Shown here: piece by piece, positions 10,090-24,253 of the stretch
How the letters are laid out: each line of letters begins with the position of its first letter
Numbering within the stretch: the first letter of the stretch is position 1
Origin: Kudoa neothunni
Lineage: Eukaryota > Animalia > Cnidaria
Reading direction: 5' to 3'
Assembly (NCBI GenBank): GCA_964304625.1
Contig: OZ199839.1
Coordinates: 2,573,587-2,637,586 of the forward strand
Length of the DNA stretch: 64,000 bases
Made by a program: the position numbers and the translations under genes
The notes under the pieces: model-generated
The model's input: the letters and a program-made list of their open reading frames with translations, nothing else
What the model was told of the DNA's origin: nothing
Database searches by the model: none

Positions 10090-12694
10090 CGGTGTTTCTC
10101 AACCAGGGGTCCTGGAGGATTTTGTGTGGGTCATGAAAATTCTTTTGACTAATTTGGACGGCGAAGGAAAACGTGGAACTATGCCGTGTAGGATACCATC
10201 CGGTTAGAAAATGTTATTAAACATATGAACTTGATTTATATTGATTTATTATAAATATAATATTGAAATAAGTTACATATTGTTATTTATGAGTAACATC
10301 GCACACCTCACGGTAGAAAAAAATGCCAACTTGGCTCATCATGCGAGTTGAATTAAGCAGCAGTTGTTCCGATCAGGCAATACTCACTCACTCACTCACT
10401 CATTTGTTAGTTTGTTTTTGATACTAACGAAAAGTTCTTTAATTCGATAATTTGATACAGATGAAAGTTAATTTTTCTATCAATTAAATGTTAGATATGT
10501 AACTATTCATGTATTTCTGGAACTCGTTAAATTTCATGACACATATCGGTTTGACTTCATAATTTTTTCTATTTTTAATTATTTCATACTTAATAAGATT
10601 ATTCACAAAATATTTAAATGGAATGAGCATGTTTAAAATGTCCACTTTATATTTAATTTAGCTATAAAAACTTGAAGGTATTTTCAAAAACTTCAGTTCA
10701 CTCGCAGATTTAATAACCTAAACCTAGAAATTGAAAGCATTATTTACCCGGAATTTTCACATAGAAAGAATTTTATTAAATAATATAATCAATTCGTATG
10801 AAATTAAAGATTTGCATTGTATAAAATAATGTGTTTTTAGACATTTAATGAAAATATAATCTGTACATCCTAACTATATTTTTTATTATCATTATATGCC
10901 AGTCATATTATTTTAATTGGCGTAATAAATTTTTTAAATAGTTTATTTAACAAAACAGAAAAAATATATATTAATAAATTTAACTAATAAAACATTCAAT
11001 CAAAAAACAATTTATTATGACATCAAAATTGAATAAATAATAAAGTATATATGATTTTTAATTAAAAAAAAGGTGTCAATGAATAATTTTAATTAACACG
11101 GAATTCCATATAAATTTCTATCCGCAAGTTTTAAACATATTATTGACTTTGCGTTACGTATTTAATTAACAAAACTATATTGTCATGGCAGTCAATAGGA
11201 AATAATGAGATTATATTTTGTCAAAATCTCCAAAATTAATAAAAAAATCATAAACCAATTTAATTTAGAGAAGTAATAATGTTTGTCTCATTTAAAAATT
11301 TTAATAAAAACGTGAATTTTCTAATTGCGGCTAAATATTATCCTTGTGCGGATATTATATTTGATTTTATTCCTGAATTAAATGATTGATTTTTCTATAT
11401 TTAGGTAGAATATTTTCAAACGTTTAATTTTTTTATTGAAGCTGTTAAAAATAAATAAAAATGTTTTAAGTTTAAATATTTGTTGTCGTATTAAAACAAA
11501 CATTAATAAACAATACAATTAATGTTAGATTAAAATAGATCTCTATCAAATAATGCTGCATCAAACTGGTGTGTTATTTATTAATGTGATTAACCATAAC
11601 ATCATCAAATAGATACTAGTATTATATTAATAATTTCTATTGATTTTTTTAAATGTAAGATTAAACATCACAAACAAAAATCTTTAAAACACTGATTTTT
11701 CGATTTAGTCAACATAAAATACTGTATTGAATCTTATATTATTAATTTTTTTAAATTAAAAGCAAAAAAAATTCTTTAGTAGAATTAATTTTATTTTAAA
11801 TACCAGAAGTATTAAAAAGTATTGATATATTTCCATAATAGCAAGTTATATTCGAACGAATTTGGTATACCTTTAAATTTTTTGAATTTAAACGGAAACA
11901 TACTATAGCCGTTTTCATATTTTTTCGAATATAAATAAATTATTTATAAAAAAAAATTTTCGTTGCATTGAATATTGAAGCGAATAATTATTAACTGTTA
12001 GAAATTTGTATCTTTATAAGTGATACCATTGGGTCGAAAAAAACAAAAATAATCATTAAAAGGAAATATATTTAAAATATTAGTTTAAATATAATGAACC
12101 GGCGGAGATTATTAAAAATCAAGAGTGAGAAATTGACACAAGACAAGCTTGACGGTTTCATAATACCAGTTAAAAGATAATTATTCAAGCTTAAAAAGTC
12201 CAATTAAAATTAATGCTAAATAAAATTTTTAAATTAATAAATTAAAAATAATTATTATTAAAGTATACGGTTTCAATCATTATAATAATTTCGTTATATA
12301 CAATGACAGAGGCTATTGACACGGAAAAATTTAATCCTAAAATGCATATGCGCTGTTAGAATGTTTAATCTCGGCAACTCAATCTTACAAGCTCGTTATA
12401 GATTTAATTTTTTAGAATCTGATATATTTAATTATTTCTGGCCCCTAAGAGCGGAGCGATGAACGAGAAATAATTGAATATGGTCAAAACTAATGTCACC
12501 TGAATATTATTTATCGTGCCAATAGCCACTTTCATATAATATATAATATCGGTCGGATATATATATATTATTAAAAAATTGTAATTGTTAACGTTAACGT
12601 TAAATACGATTAAACATTTTCAATGTTAACGTGGGTTACAGGACAATTTAAAAAAAAATATGGGTCATGGATAAAAAAAGGTTGGGAAACATTG
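10090..12694. mobile_element. Non-autonomous hAT-like element
   Basis: Ends cggtgtttctcaacc / ggttgggaaacattg (hAT-type TIR). Flanks ccttaaat / cctaaat approximate a TSD. The empty site is visible at ~51326. Confidence 0.75.
12307..12530. mobile_element. ~225-bp MITE (second copy at 53731-53960)
   Basis: TIR agaggctattgacacg / cgtgccaatagccact. Internal sequence is similar to 53731-53960. Confidence 0.75.
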
Positions 12695-13743
12695 CCTAAA
12701 TGAGGTAAAATGCGTAGCCAAAATCACGTGTCGTATCGATTTTGCACATTTTTCCCATGCACTCTGTTGGTCAATGTAACGTTATTTTCAGAAAAAGTGG
12801 AAACTTAACGATAAGCGAAGATATAAATACAACAATATTAGAAGGAAAATCAAAAATAATAAAATACTTCGAAAATCTTTCATAAATAAACGTTAAGATA
12901 GTTACTGTGAGACGTTTTGACATATCAAATATAGCAATCCTAAATGGCCTCCAATAAAAAGAAATAAATTTTTCATCTAAATTCCAAAAAAAGGGGTATA
13001 TAATTATTATGTGCATGCGCAAAATGTGTGTGAAATCTATTACCTACTATATACCATTAATCCTATTACCAATTAAAACACAATTTATTTTCGGTTTGTA
13101 TTTTCAAACAATTATAATATTACATATTTTTGTATAAAAAATCAAAATTTTTCTAAATATTCTTTATTTGTAAATGAATATATCATAATTGACTATGGTA
13201 GTTGTACTGTGCCATTATGTTTGCTAAATAATGCTACAAACACGCTTAACTAATATATTTAATGTGAATTATTTATTTATTAATAAATAGTATATATCTG
13301 AAATTTAAAATACTCATTAACATAAATAATAAATTTATATTAATTGTTATATCATCATAATTTTTTTAATGTTGGTATTAATACAAAAATTAGCTCTAAT
13401 GAAATAATTACAACATGGAAACATGAAGTAGATTTCTGAATTTAATAGCTGTTGATTGTTATTCTATGAATCGTTTGAATACAAATATAAAGGCAATATC
13501 CGAATATTTAAATTGTTCAAAATCTATATGTATTTAATAAAATTTAAGTCATTATAAACAATATAAAATCTAAAATATTACACTTAATATAGTCATATTG
13601 GAATATATTTTGAGAAAATAAGTAACAATATAAGTAATTCAAGATTACAACAACAAGCCGAAACCAGGAATAACACGTACATTTATGACCAGTCATATAT
13701 AAATGTTTTGATAATAATTCTAATAGTTTGTTTAAAAAATGCA

Positions 13744-16370
13744 TTATCTGATCCCTATGCTCGAAGCCACCTTCTTGCGATAGATAACCAAGTAATAAAA
13801 TAGTCCTGCAGCGACACATAGCATCGCTCCAACAACAGAACCACTATTAAAATTGTTAACAATTCTATTCAGAACAATTTTACGATATAATCCCAGCCAC
13901 TTTCATACTAAATCTATGTTAGATTATTGCAAAAATTATATTTTTACTGGTTAGAGTCAGCTTTTGCAATGACATCTGGTGCTAAATATACCGATTTTTC
14001 AATTATAGTTCATATTTTCATATATTTACTAAACATTATGTTAACATATCAGTATGAGCTCCAAATATTAGTAAATAATGTATTATATATATTACATTAT
14101 TAAAGTATGAATAAATTTCTTACCTTTTGGTTGTGGCGCGCGTGACTTTTGTGGATTTTGGAGCTAATTTTCAAATTGAATAAAAATTGAAAATAATTTA
14201 ATTGTTAATTACTAAATATTCAGTTAATAATTCACCCATTTATTAAACTCGATTACCTTGTGGTATCTGCCACAATCTCATTTTCTATATAATAGGTACA
14301 TTTTAACTAAGCGATTAAAAATACCTTTCCTCACAATGTATATAATATCTCCATGTATGTACTTTTCGGGCTTTACTATTAATTTGTACGATTTTTCAGA
14401 CGAAACACCAGGATAAGTGATTGAGTTGCATTTTGTTTCGCAATTGGTATCAGTCACCAAACACGGAGTTCCTACTAATGTCGGTTTTGTAGCAACTGTG
14501 ATGTCGATCAATGTGTTGTAACATTTAATTGTTGACATATCTCTAGGGGGATTCATGACACCAACAAATTTTATAGTATCAGCATTAATCGAATGCGTTA
14601 TGCTTAATGTTGCACCATCTAAAGAGGTTTAACTATTCATCAATTTAATAAAAATGACCTGTTATCAATCCAGTAATCTCTATATCACTTTTTCTGCTAT
14701 CAAATTTTATTATCAAGGAATATTCGGTCCCGCGTTCCAACCTTTCAAGCTCAACTTGCTCAGAACACATTACTCTGCAAGGAAATCTTCCATTGCAATG
14801 TACATCAGTGTAAAAACTTTGCCATTCAGTCTTTATCTTAATTAAACAAGAAATGTTATCATTGTTCTCGGTCATTGGCTGCAATCGCATTCTTGTATCC
14901 ATAATGTTTATTTTATTACTTTCAAGTTGGATTGCATCTCCGCCTGTATATTTATTTAATAAATTCATTAAATTTATTTACTTGTCTTATAGTAATATTC
15001 AAATTTTGTCACTTCTGAATCATCTTTTTTTGCATCCACAATTATGATATAAGCTGTTCCAGCACTTAAGTTGATAAAACTTTTTTTGTCACGAGTGGTG
15101 GTACATGGTGAAGATGAGCATTCTGGTTGTATTTTTGTTGTAATTGTTGGATCAAGAGCCTTTCTAAAGTGAACTGTACAACTATTCGCCTCATTTGTAC
15201 CAGTTGAAGATTTCATATTTGTCAGATCTAATGTGAATCCGGTGTTTGAACGTTCTGTCGGAGTTATGCCATTGTTTGCAACTATAAGGAAGTTAATCGC
15301 CTCTCTTTGAATTTTCGATACTTGTATAGGTTTTTCTTTGAGGTTCACTTTTGATTACCTCATGGATATAGATGGATACCTGTGGAGAGTTGAGATTGGT
15401 ATTCATCACAACCTCCGTACATGGATTAATGCATGACGTCTCGCTTGATCCACAACTTACCACAAATGTATTATCCCCTTCAGCCTGATTCTTTATCTTA
15501 AATTCACAGAGTTTATCGGGCTTTTGATTTAAAATTGTGATTGTAGTTTTTTGTTTCACGGCGTCTTGAGTAACTTTGAAGAAAAATTCGGAGAACTCAG
15601 AGGCTTTTTTTGTGTATTCATTGTTGATGTAATAAACAAAGCTAGGGAAATAATCACCACACACTAAAGTGTAATCGAATCGATAGGTTATTAAACTTGC
15701 TTTCAAGCTAGCTTGGTTTGTTGTTGTACATGTTTCATCTGCCACTGATTTCACAATATCAATGCCACCTGAGGTCAGTTTACATTCTTTTATAGGGCAA
15801 ACCATGTTATACGTAAATTTAACCTGTTCATCTTCTGTTGTTACAGTTATATCTGGATTCAAAACATAACCTAATTAAAGTTAACATTATTCACAAATAA
15901 AATCAAAGTTTCTAGTAGGATTACTTTTTGGTATCATAAATATTTTTATAAGTGTCGGTTCAGTTACTGAATTTTCTGTTGTGCTAGCAACTTGTATTAG
16001 AATAAATTTTAAAGAAAATGATGCTTCTTCGATGTCAAGATTTTGTGTGTTGCATTCTACAATGCATTTATTAGGTGTTTCAGTGTTTGCACAAGAAAAA
16101 TCTTTGTAAGTAAATTTATTTTCTTCGTTCACTCGTGAAATTTGTATATAACATTTTTTGTTGGCCTCAAAATCTTTTAACGATATTTTAACTTTATTTC
16201 TATTATTTCCTACTTCGGTGATTCCAAACTCAAGATAATCTGATTTCTCCGCTGGCGCAGTATTGAACGAACCTAAAATATATCAATGTATATATACATA
16301 ATACGAATAAATAAAAATTACAAAGTATAAATGTTGAAATAGTCACAACAGACGCAAACAGTCCCATCAT
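13744..16370 (-). CDS. Array copy 2: FN3-like type I membrane protein (11 exons)
   Basis: Start (M)MGLFASVVTISTFILC; same exon structure as copy 1. ORF-track pieces 15887-16132, 15293-15862, 14974-15348, 14645-14968 and 14278-14556. Stalk ENEIVADTTTPKSTKVTRATTKTPD, TM exon, stop at 13744-13746. Confidence 0.85.
13982..14257 (-). other. Two [D1,2] twin introns, copy 2 (A 14257-14164, inner 14256-14212; B 14124-13982, inner 14123-14029)
   Basis: Reconstituted outer donors are GTAATT and GTAAAT; exon 14163-14125 is 39 nt. Confidence 0.82.
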
Positions 16371-16871
16371 GAATTAAATAGATTTAATCCGCAATTTGGG
16401 TTCACGAGTAAAACTCGATTCAATTGACAATGAACTTCCGGACAAGTCGTCAAAATAATGAAAATTTATAAATAATAATAACAATTTTGTAATTTTATAC
16501 AAATATATAATTATTGGCACTGTCAGAAATTTACCAACAAAGAATTAAACTATCTTGATATTTTGATAAAATTAAACTTATTTTCATATGGACAATACAA
16601 TCATTTTTAAAATTTAAATTTAATAATATTCGAGCGATAAAATACATACTACACCATAAATCGTAATTTAACTTTAAAATCAGTGTACTTTTGGTTTGTA
16701 ATTAAATTAACGATAAAATTTATATATAATTTTGTACTTTAACATTGTACAGTTTTGAAATTTTGATACATATATTATAATCTAACATAACTGTAACTAA
16801 ATATAATAATTTCTATGTAAATAATTCTCTTTATTATATTTTTTTTATATCAATAAAGTTTTCGTTAAATA

Positions 16872-17304
16872 CATGGGCGGATCAAAAAGTAGCGAGAATT
16901 TTTAAATATCTTCTCGTATGACAAAGATGTAAATTTAAAAAAATAGAATATAATAAAAAATATGTATTCACATATTTTGTGAAAAGAAATTAACAAATGA
17001 ATAATAATATAAAATATGGCAACTAGTTGTTAAATTCTTAAAATGGGTTGACGTCGCTCACGAGAATGTGAGAAAACCACGAGCATAGAATTTGTATTCA
17101 ATTCTGTGTAAAACTGGAAAAAAGCAGTAACAAAACTTATGAAATGATTAAAACGGCATTTTTAGACAATTCCATGAGTATAAGTAGAGTGTGTGAATAA
17201 CATGAACGATCTAAAGAAGGTAGAAATTCGACCAATAGTTTAGATCGTTCTGGTCGATCTTTAACTAGCAGAAATCATGAAAAGATTAATGCCGTTAAGG
17301 ATAT
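16872..17304 (+). mobile_element. 5' fragment of a mariner transposon
   Basis: ta|catgggcggatcaaaaagta end, then EHRICIQFCVKLEKS...YEMIKTAF...SRVCE*HERSKEGR...RSGRS (mariner HTH region) with a stop codon. Truncated by the LTR element. Confidence 0.8.
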
Positions 17305-19165
17305 TGTGGCGGATTAACATTGGATTAACAGTGTTTTACTTGCGCTATAATTGGTGATCCCTAGACAAATGTCCTTTTTCAAAAGCAATGAAAACGACGC
17401 TAATATAACCGCTGATGCAGCGGCTACCAAGCTATCCCAATTTTGGACATCACAAACCAAAATTTAGTTCAATCAGATCCAAGCTCAATTCCATATTCCC
17501 ATATTCGAGGAATCAAGCAAGACGATACCAAATTATATCATGTGATCGCGGCGTTAGACCGAGAAACCGTCATAAGAATCACTGACCTTTTGGAAGATCC
17601 ACCCAAGACGCAAAAGTACGATACCCTCAAAAATAGGCTCATTGGCACGTTTGGTCTCATCGAAACTAAGAGATCTAGACGATTATTACACATGCCGGAA
17701 TTTGGAGACCGAAAACCATCTGCTCTCTTTGATGAGATGTTGTCGTTTATGGGAGATCACAGACCTTGTTTCTGGTTCAATTATATATTTATGCAACATT
17801 TGCCTGAGAACATACGAACTCAACTTTCTTAGAAATCTTTCGAAAACACCAGAAATATGGCTGAATTAGCTGACTTACTTTGGTTAGCGAAAGATGCTAA
17901 CAATGATGCCTACATAAATGAAATTGCAAACATGAATAAAATTTCTCTTCCTTCGACAATGGATGATAACAATTCCAATCAAGTTACCAACGATGTATGC
18001 TTCTACCATCGTAAATTTGGAAAAATTTCCAGGAAGTGTTTGAAACCCTGCAGATTTGCGGGAAACTTCCAAGCCAGGCGGCAATAATTACAAGTGCGTC
18101 CGGCAGCCGAAATAATTTGTTATATTTATTTGACACAAGATCTAAAACACACTTCCTCGTAGACTCAGGTGCACAAGTGAGCGTCTATCCATATAATGAT
18201 TACGACACGCTAGTTAACAACCAAAAGTTCCTGATAGCCGCCAATGACTCCAAAATTTTTTTGTTTGGTAATAAAAAATTGGAGCTTACCTTCCAAGGTG
18301 TTACATATCGTTGGACTTTTGTAATCGCCAAGGTATCACAACCTTTATTGGGATCTGACATCCTCAAACATTATGGGCTACTAACTGACATAGGAAATAA
18401 AAAGCTTGTCTCTCCTCAAAACTCACTAACAATACCCTTATTCAGTCGAAACTTTGGAACAACGCAGATAGCATCAAACTTCTACCTTACCGACGAACCA
18501 TTTTCAAATAAACCCAAACACAGCATACGATTTATCATTGCTATCGATGGACAACCAGTCCATGCGAAACCTCGACGGCTTTCTCCACAAAAATTAAAAG
18601 CAGCCAAAGAAGGTTTCCAAAAAATGGATCAACTAGGAATTGTTAGACAATCCTCAAGTCCTTGGTCTTCACCGTTGCACATGGTACCCAAAAAGGACGG
18701 ATCACGGAGACCATGGGTGGATTATAGGAAACTAAACAATATTACACGACCAGACAGGTATCCTACACCCAATATCAATGACAACACCTTCAAACTCCAT
18801 GGCTGCATTTTCTGTTCCAAAATTGATCTAATTCATGGTTATAATCGGATTACTGTGAAACCTGAGGATATTCCCAAAACGACTGTCACTACACCTTTTG
18901 GACGGTATGAATTCCTGAGGATGCTTTTCGGTCTCAAAAATACTGCCCAAATCTTCCAAAGACATCTTGACAATATTTCTGGAGATTTGGAATATGTATT
19001 TGCTTATTTGGATGACTTTTCAGTTGCTAGTAAAACCTTGGCAGAACACGAAAAACACGTCGAAAAAGTTAGATTGCGTCTTATTTAGAATGGCTTATCA
19101 ATTAATGAAGATAAATATGTTTTCAGAAAACCTGAAATATCCTACTTGGGGCACAAAATCATTCG
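17305..19165 (+). mobile_element. Degenerate, 3'-truncated Ty3/gypsy LTR retrotransposon (gag-protease-RT)
   Basis: PBS-like tggtgatccc at 17352. Gag-like KLSQFW..*F.QIQAQF and CFYHRKFG..SRKC.KPC; protease FLVDSGAQVS; RT SPWSSPLHMVPKKDG, DYRKLN, YLDD. No RNase H or integrase visible. Confidence 0.9.
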
Positions 19166-19169
19166 TGAC

Positions 19170-20096
19170 TCCTTTTTCTCAGATAAACGGATATATTACA
19201 AATATAAAATGACACTGAATCCACCAATAAAAATAAACTTTATAAAGTACTTAGCCCGTTCCATTGGCATATACTGCTTGAATTCGCAGCAGCCCTTAAA
19301 TGCAACAAGTTGCTCGTCGACACATACACCTTCCTTAGGGTGAAAATTACGTGTGATTAAATACACCCGAATATTCCACAATTTACGAATGTGGAAAAGC
19401 TTGTCGGATCCTTTTCTTATATCCTTATTTTCCATATCGTCATAGTGTAGATCCCGTATGATTTGGCGGAATCTATTTAACGAGAATAAACCGCGGTATA
19501 TCTTCCTTCCTCCATCTATCCCAAATAACTCTTTAACCGGTTCTTGATTATCTCCGCGAATTCTATCCACTTATTGCCAAAAATTTTTCTCCCACATGTA
19601 TTATTATGTTTTAGGATAATTTCGTAAATATCCCAATTAAATAGTACCTTGATAGTGTAAATTGTACCATTTACATTTTGTGCTACAAACGGTGAAATTC
19701 CAAGACGACTGTTCATAGTTTTTTCAGCACATGTTCTAGATAACAATGGCGGTCCCATCGACCATAATGTTACGTTCTTGTCCGTTAATGAGTTTGATTG
19801 TGCATCAGTATTAGGGTAAAATTTTTCTGATGATAGGTCGTCATAAAATGGAGAAAACGAATCTGATGACTCAGTATCAGATGAATTACATGTTAAACCT
19901 CATCTTTATTTGGAAGATGTTTTTTTATTAACTTTTTTCCTACCGAATAAAAATGTTGGTTGAATTGTAAAATTTTACAAGAAAAAAATTTAGAAGAATA
20001 GGTGAATTACCGACAATTTTTCTTTAGTGAATGTGGTAGAAAATTGATAACTAATGTCGCCTGGGCCCAATAGACCCCAATTATATACTTAGAGGG
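19170..20096 (-). mobile_element. 5' part of a degenerate piggyBac transposon
   Basis: VCVDEQLVAFKGCCEFKQYMP..AKYFIK and DKLFHIR piggyBac motifs. The end reads ttat|ccct on the minus strand at 20096 (degenerate TTAA|CCCT). Confidence 0.85.
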
Positions 20097-21633
20097 ATAA
20101 ACAAGTGTTTTTCTATATATTTTATATCGCGCCACAATTTTACTTGAATAAAAGTTCCGTTTCCACCTTTTTTAAAAGTATTAATTTTGGAAACTTAAAC
20201 TGTTAAGAACTTTTGATAAAGCTCCCTACCACATTAAAATTTATAAGCAATTAATATATATATATATATATATATATTTCTTTTCTAATTAAAATGCGTT
20301 CGACAAGATCTAACTTAATTTATCGGCGGACCATAAATATTAACATATTTAGTTCTTCATCCCGCCAAAAACAGCATCAATGAAACGGGGGGTATTTCAA
20401 TCTTTATTAGGAAAAAATTTCGTGTATAGGGGACTTTTAAATTAAAAATAAATGGTCATTTTTGAAAATTAATCAATATTATATTAGATTAAATCAAAAA
20501 GAGAATATGATTCTAAATGGGACAAGATTGAGATCAAACCATTTTGATTCTATTCGGGTGAAGGACGCGTTAAATTTTATTATTAATTTCCATATAATTA
20601 CTCATTTCTTGTTGTAGTTTCAATTATATTAATTGTTATTTATAAATAAGCGATATTGACTTCAAAGTACGCCATAATGCATAATTATCTCATTATTAAC
20701 TCTGTCCCACGAACACTCAGAATTTTTTTATTTCCACCAGATCGGTTCAAAAATTTCCATGCCACATCAAAATTTTTTCGCGCCTCACGTTGGGAAACAT
20801 TGCTTTAAACAAACTTAGCAAATGTTTCAAATGAATTAAAATTTTGGTCGTACTTTCTTGTGCTCAACTTAAGTCTAACTACATCATACCCAGAGAATTA
20901 ACAGTTATCTATAAATTTTTAGCGCTTTTAAATATTTATAACTGAGAAATTTGTGGTAAACAACAAAGAGCTAATAAATTTAATCTTGCAGTGATTTTAT
21001 CTGGAAGTTTTAATTCGTGATTTATTAAATTTCTTCTATAAGTCCAGCAATCGTATTATTATCTTTGAGAGGATTTAATAATTAAACTTCCAATCTAACA
21101 GATTAAAATATGAATTAGTATTTTTTGAATGAATAAAATTACAGAATGATTGGCATAACGATAATCCACCTATTTAACAACATTTCGGTGTCTCTATTTG
21201 GATAATTTTCATAAAATTTCGTTTTTAATACTTTTAATTATTAAAATTTTTGTAATTCAGTGCTTCTTATAGATATTTCATGGTTTTGACCTTAAATAAT
21301 ATTCTAACAATATAGCTTTAGAAGGATGCATTGTAATTTAATGGAGATAGTGACATCAAAAAGTGTCATAACGCTAAATGAAAAGAATCTAATGGAATGC
21401 TATTTAATATTATAGAATATCTTTTCCAACAACTTTTTTGCTATAATAGAAAATATAGCGATATTACTAGCAATAATAATAAATACATTTGTTTAGAATA
21501 AATACGAGGGTGATAATTTATTTAGCGCACCAATATAAAAACCTTGAGATTTATATAAAGAAAAATGGGTTTATTTAAAATTATCCAATAATGTTTATTA
21601 AATAATTTTTTTATTGTGTTATTAAGAAATGAA

Positions 21634-24253
21634 CTATCTGCTTCTTCCACCCATTGCAACCTTCTTTCGGTAAATAACCATGTAATAGAACAATCCTCCT
21701 GCTACGCATAGTAATACTCCAATAACACTCCCCCTAACAAAATCGTCATTTATTTTATATTAAGAAATGTTACGATATAATTCCTGCGGTCTTTAAGCTA
21801 TATTTATTATTAGCATCATATTCGAAGAATTTATATTTTACTGGTTTGAGTTCACTGGTGCAATAATATCAGGGGCTAAAAATAGAATTATCGAATTTTC
21901 CTTTTTAATATTTTTCAGGGTTTACTATAAAATAAATATTATTTTAAAATTCTAATAGAGATGTTGTTTATGCATTTTTATTGGACCAATATTGTAAAAA
22001 TATGATTTTGAATAGTTTTAATCATGATCAAATCGCTTACCCTTTTGTGGTTCTCCGAATAACTTTATTTGTAGGTGAAGCTAACGTTGTAAATTAAATG
22101 ACTATAATTTACATTTGTACTTACTAATCAATATTTAACGACGTTCATTTAAAAATTTTAATACCGTGTATTTTCTTCTACTTTAACGGTCGCTATTAGA
22201 AGATTAATTTATTATTTTTTAAGCGAAATACTTGGTCTGATCGTATAAATCGTTTCTCCATGTATATATCTCGCAGGTTTCACAACAAGTTTATATGTCT
22301 TTTTAGGGGAATAATCTCTGTATGTCATTGTATCGCATTTTATTTGACAACTTGTGTCAGATTCTGTGCAGGGAGATCCAATTTGTGTTGGATTGGTAAC
22401 ATCCGTGATATCAAGTAATGTGTTATAGCATATTATTTGAGACATATCTCTTGGTGGATCCATGACCGCAGAAAAAGTTACACTTTCACCATTTATTTTG
22501 TGACTTACAATTAATGTTGCCCCATCTACATTATATAACGATTGCAAAACTAAGCATTAATACCTGTTAACAATCCATCAATTTCCTTATCATTTTTAGA
22601 ACTATCGAACTTTATTAAAATCGAATATGTTGTTCCTCTTTCCAATCTTTCCAGCTTAATTGATTTAGAGCACATTATTCTGCATGGGAATCTTCCATTA
22701 CAATAGGCGTCAGTATAGAATTTTGCCCATTCGCTCTTTATTTTGACCATGCAAGCGACTTTATCCTCGTTTGTAGTCATTGGTTGAAATCGCATTCTTG
22801 TGTCCAAAACTGTTATTTCTTCATTGGAAAGGGTGATGTCCTCTCCAACTATTGAATGATATAATTTAGTTATACACAAAATTTATCACTTGTTTTAATA
22901 TAAAATTCGGACGTTGTTTCCATATTATCTTTATTTGCAACAACAATGACGACGTAATTTGTTCCCTTAGTTAAGGAGGAAACACTCTTGCTATTGCAAC
23001 TGTTCCCACAGTTAATATTAGAACATTGGGTTTCAGTTTTTGTTGCTACGTTAGGATCAAGGGCTTTTCTCGTGTACACAGTACAACTGGCTGCAGCTGT
23101 ACCATCTGAGGATTTCATACTCGAAACATCTAATGTAAATTCGGTTTGTGTCACACCTGATGCCTCTATGGCATTATTTTCAACTAAAGATATATTAGAT
23201 AGAGTTAAATTAATTTTTAATACTTGTATATATTTTTATTTGAGGTGTTATATTGGGTATTTCACGAATCATAACTGACGCCTGTTGGTAAGTCACATCT
23301 ACTTTCATCACGACCTCGGTGCAAAGACTTATGCACGAAGTCGTGCCTGTTCCACAAGTAGTTACATATGTTTTATCTTCGGCAGATGCATCTTTTATCT
23401 TGAATTCACAAATTCTATCAGGCTTAGGGTTCAGAATACTAATTTTAGTATTTGATTGGCCCGTTTCTCTAGTAACCTTGATGAAAAAATTTGAAAATTC
23501 TGATGCTTTTTTTGTGTATTTATTATGGAAATAATATATAAAATCCGGGAAAAAATCATCACATTTTAAAGTATATTCATGTCGATACGTCAGAAAACTT
23601 GCTTTTAGACTAGCTTGACTTGCTGATGTACAAGAATCTGAGCCGACGGTAGATTTGTCAATTTCAATGCCATCAGAAGTAATGTTACACTCTGTTATAG
23701 GGCAAATCTTATTGTAAGTAAACTTAATATCATTATTATCTTTTGATACAGTTATATCTGGGCTCATTATATAGTCTACAAATATAAAAAATTTAATAAG
23801 CTCTGCGATCTGATGATTGTATTACTTTTCGGTATCAAAAAGACTTTCGTAAGAGTTGGTGCATTTTCAGCATTGGCCGCCGTATCGGCAGCCTTTACTA
23901 AAACAAATATTGTTGAAAATGAGGCTTCTTCTAAATCTAATTCTTGCGTATTGCAAGGAACAACACATTTATTTGATGTGTCGGTTCTGATACAACTAAA
24001 GTCTTTGTATGACAATTTGGTTCCTTCTATGTTGGATAATTGTATATAGCATTGATCTGTAGTGATGAATCCTTTGAATGATATTTTAAGTTTATTCCTC
24101 TTATTTTCTTCTTTTTTCATCCCAAATTCTAGATAATTTGTTTTTTGCGCATCCTGAGTATTTATCACGCCTAAAAAATATGTATAAAGATGGATAAAAG
24201 CATCTACCTATGAATAAAATTAGAAAAACGTAAATTTCAACAAATATCGCCAT
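21634..24253 (-). CDS. Array copy 3 (most divergent paralogue): FN3-like type I membrane protein (11 exons)
   Basis: Start MAIFVEIYVFLILFIGVINT. ORF-track pieces 23776-24168, 23210-23767, 22870-23154, 22550-22879 and 22212-22547. Stalk TTVKVEENTPSPTNKVIRRTTKAPD; TM TAGIISGSVIGVLLCVAGGLFYYMVIY; tail RKKVAMGGRSR*. Confidence 0.85.
21876..22165 (-). other. Two [D1,2] twin introns, copy 3 (A 22165-22081, inner 22164-22124; B 22041-21876, inner 22040-21925)
   Basis: A: ACAC|g gtatta...gattag taagt...gttag|CT (outer donor GTAAGT). B: AAAG|g gtaagc...tatag taaac...tttag|CC. Confidence 0.85.

Larger units (their letters stand above)
9946..13049. mobile_element. Tc1/mariner-type MITE (same family as 51207-51811) split by a hAT insertion
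   Basis: ta|cagtcggtaatcggttttgca at 9946. Segments 9946-10089 and 12695-13049 align with the uninterrupted copy at 51207-51811. Confidence 0.75.

Noticed and set aside
20253-20277. (AT)n microsatellites (also ~32679-32707 and ~33066-33083) and (ACTC)n at ~10382
   Set aside because: Ordinary low-complexity sequence; no CRISPR-like or other spacer-repeat array was seen.
22121-22123. 3-nt micro-exon (ag|TAA|gt) as an alternative explanation for the intron 7 anomaly in copy 3
   Set aside because: Three nucleotides cannot correct a one-nucleotide phase mismatch, and the following GT is absent in most copies.
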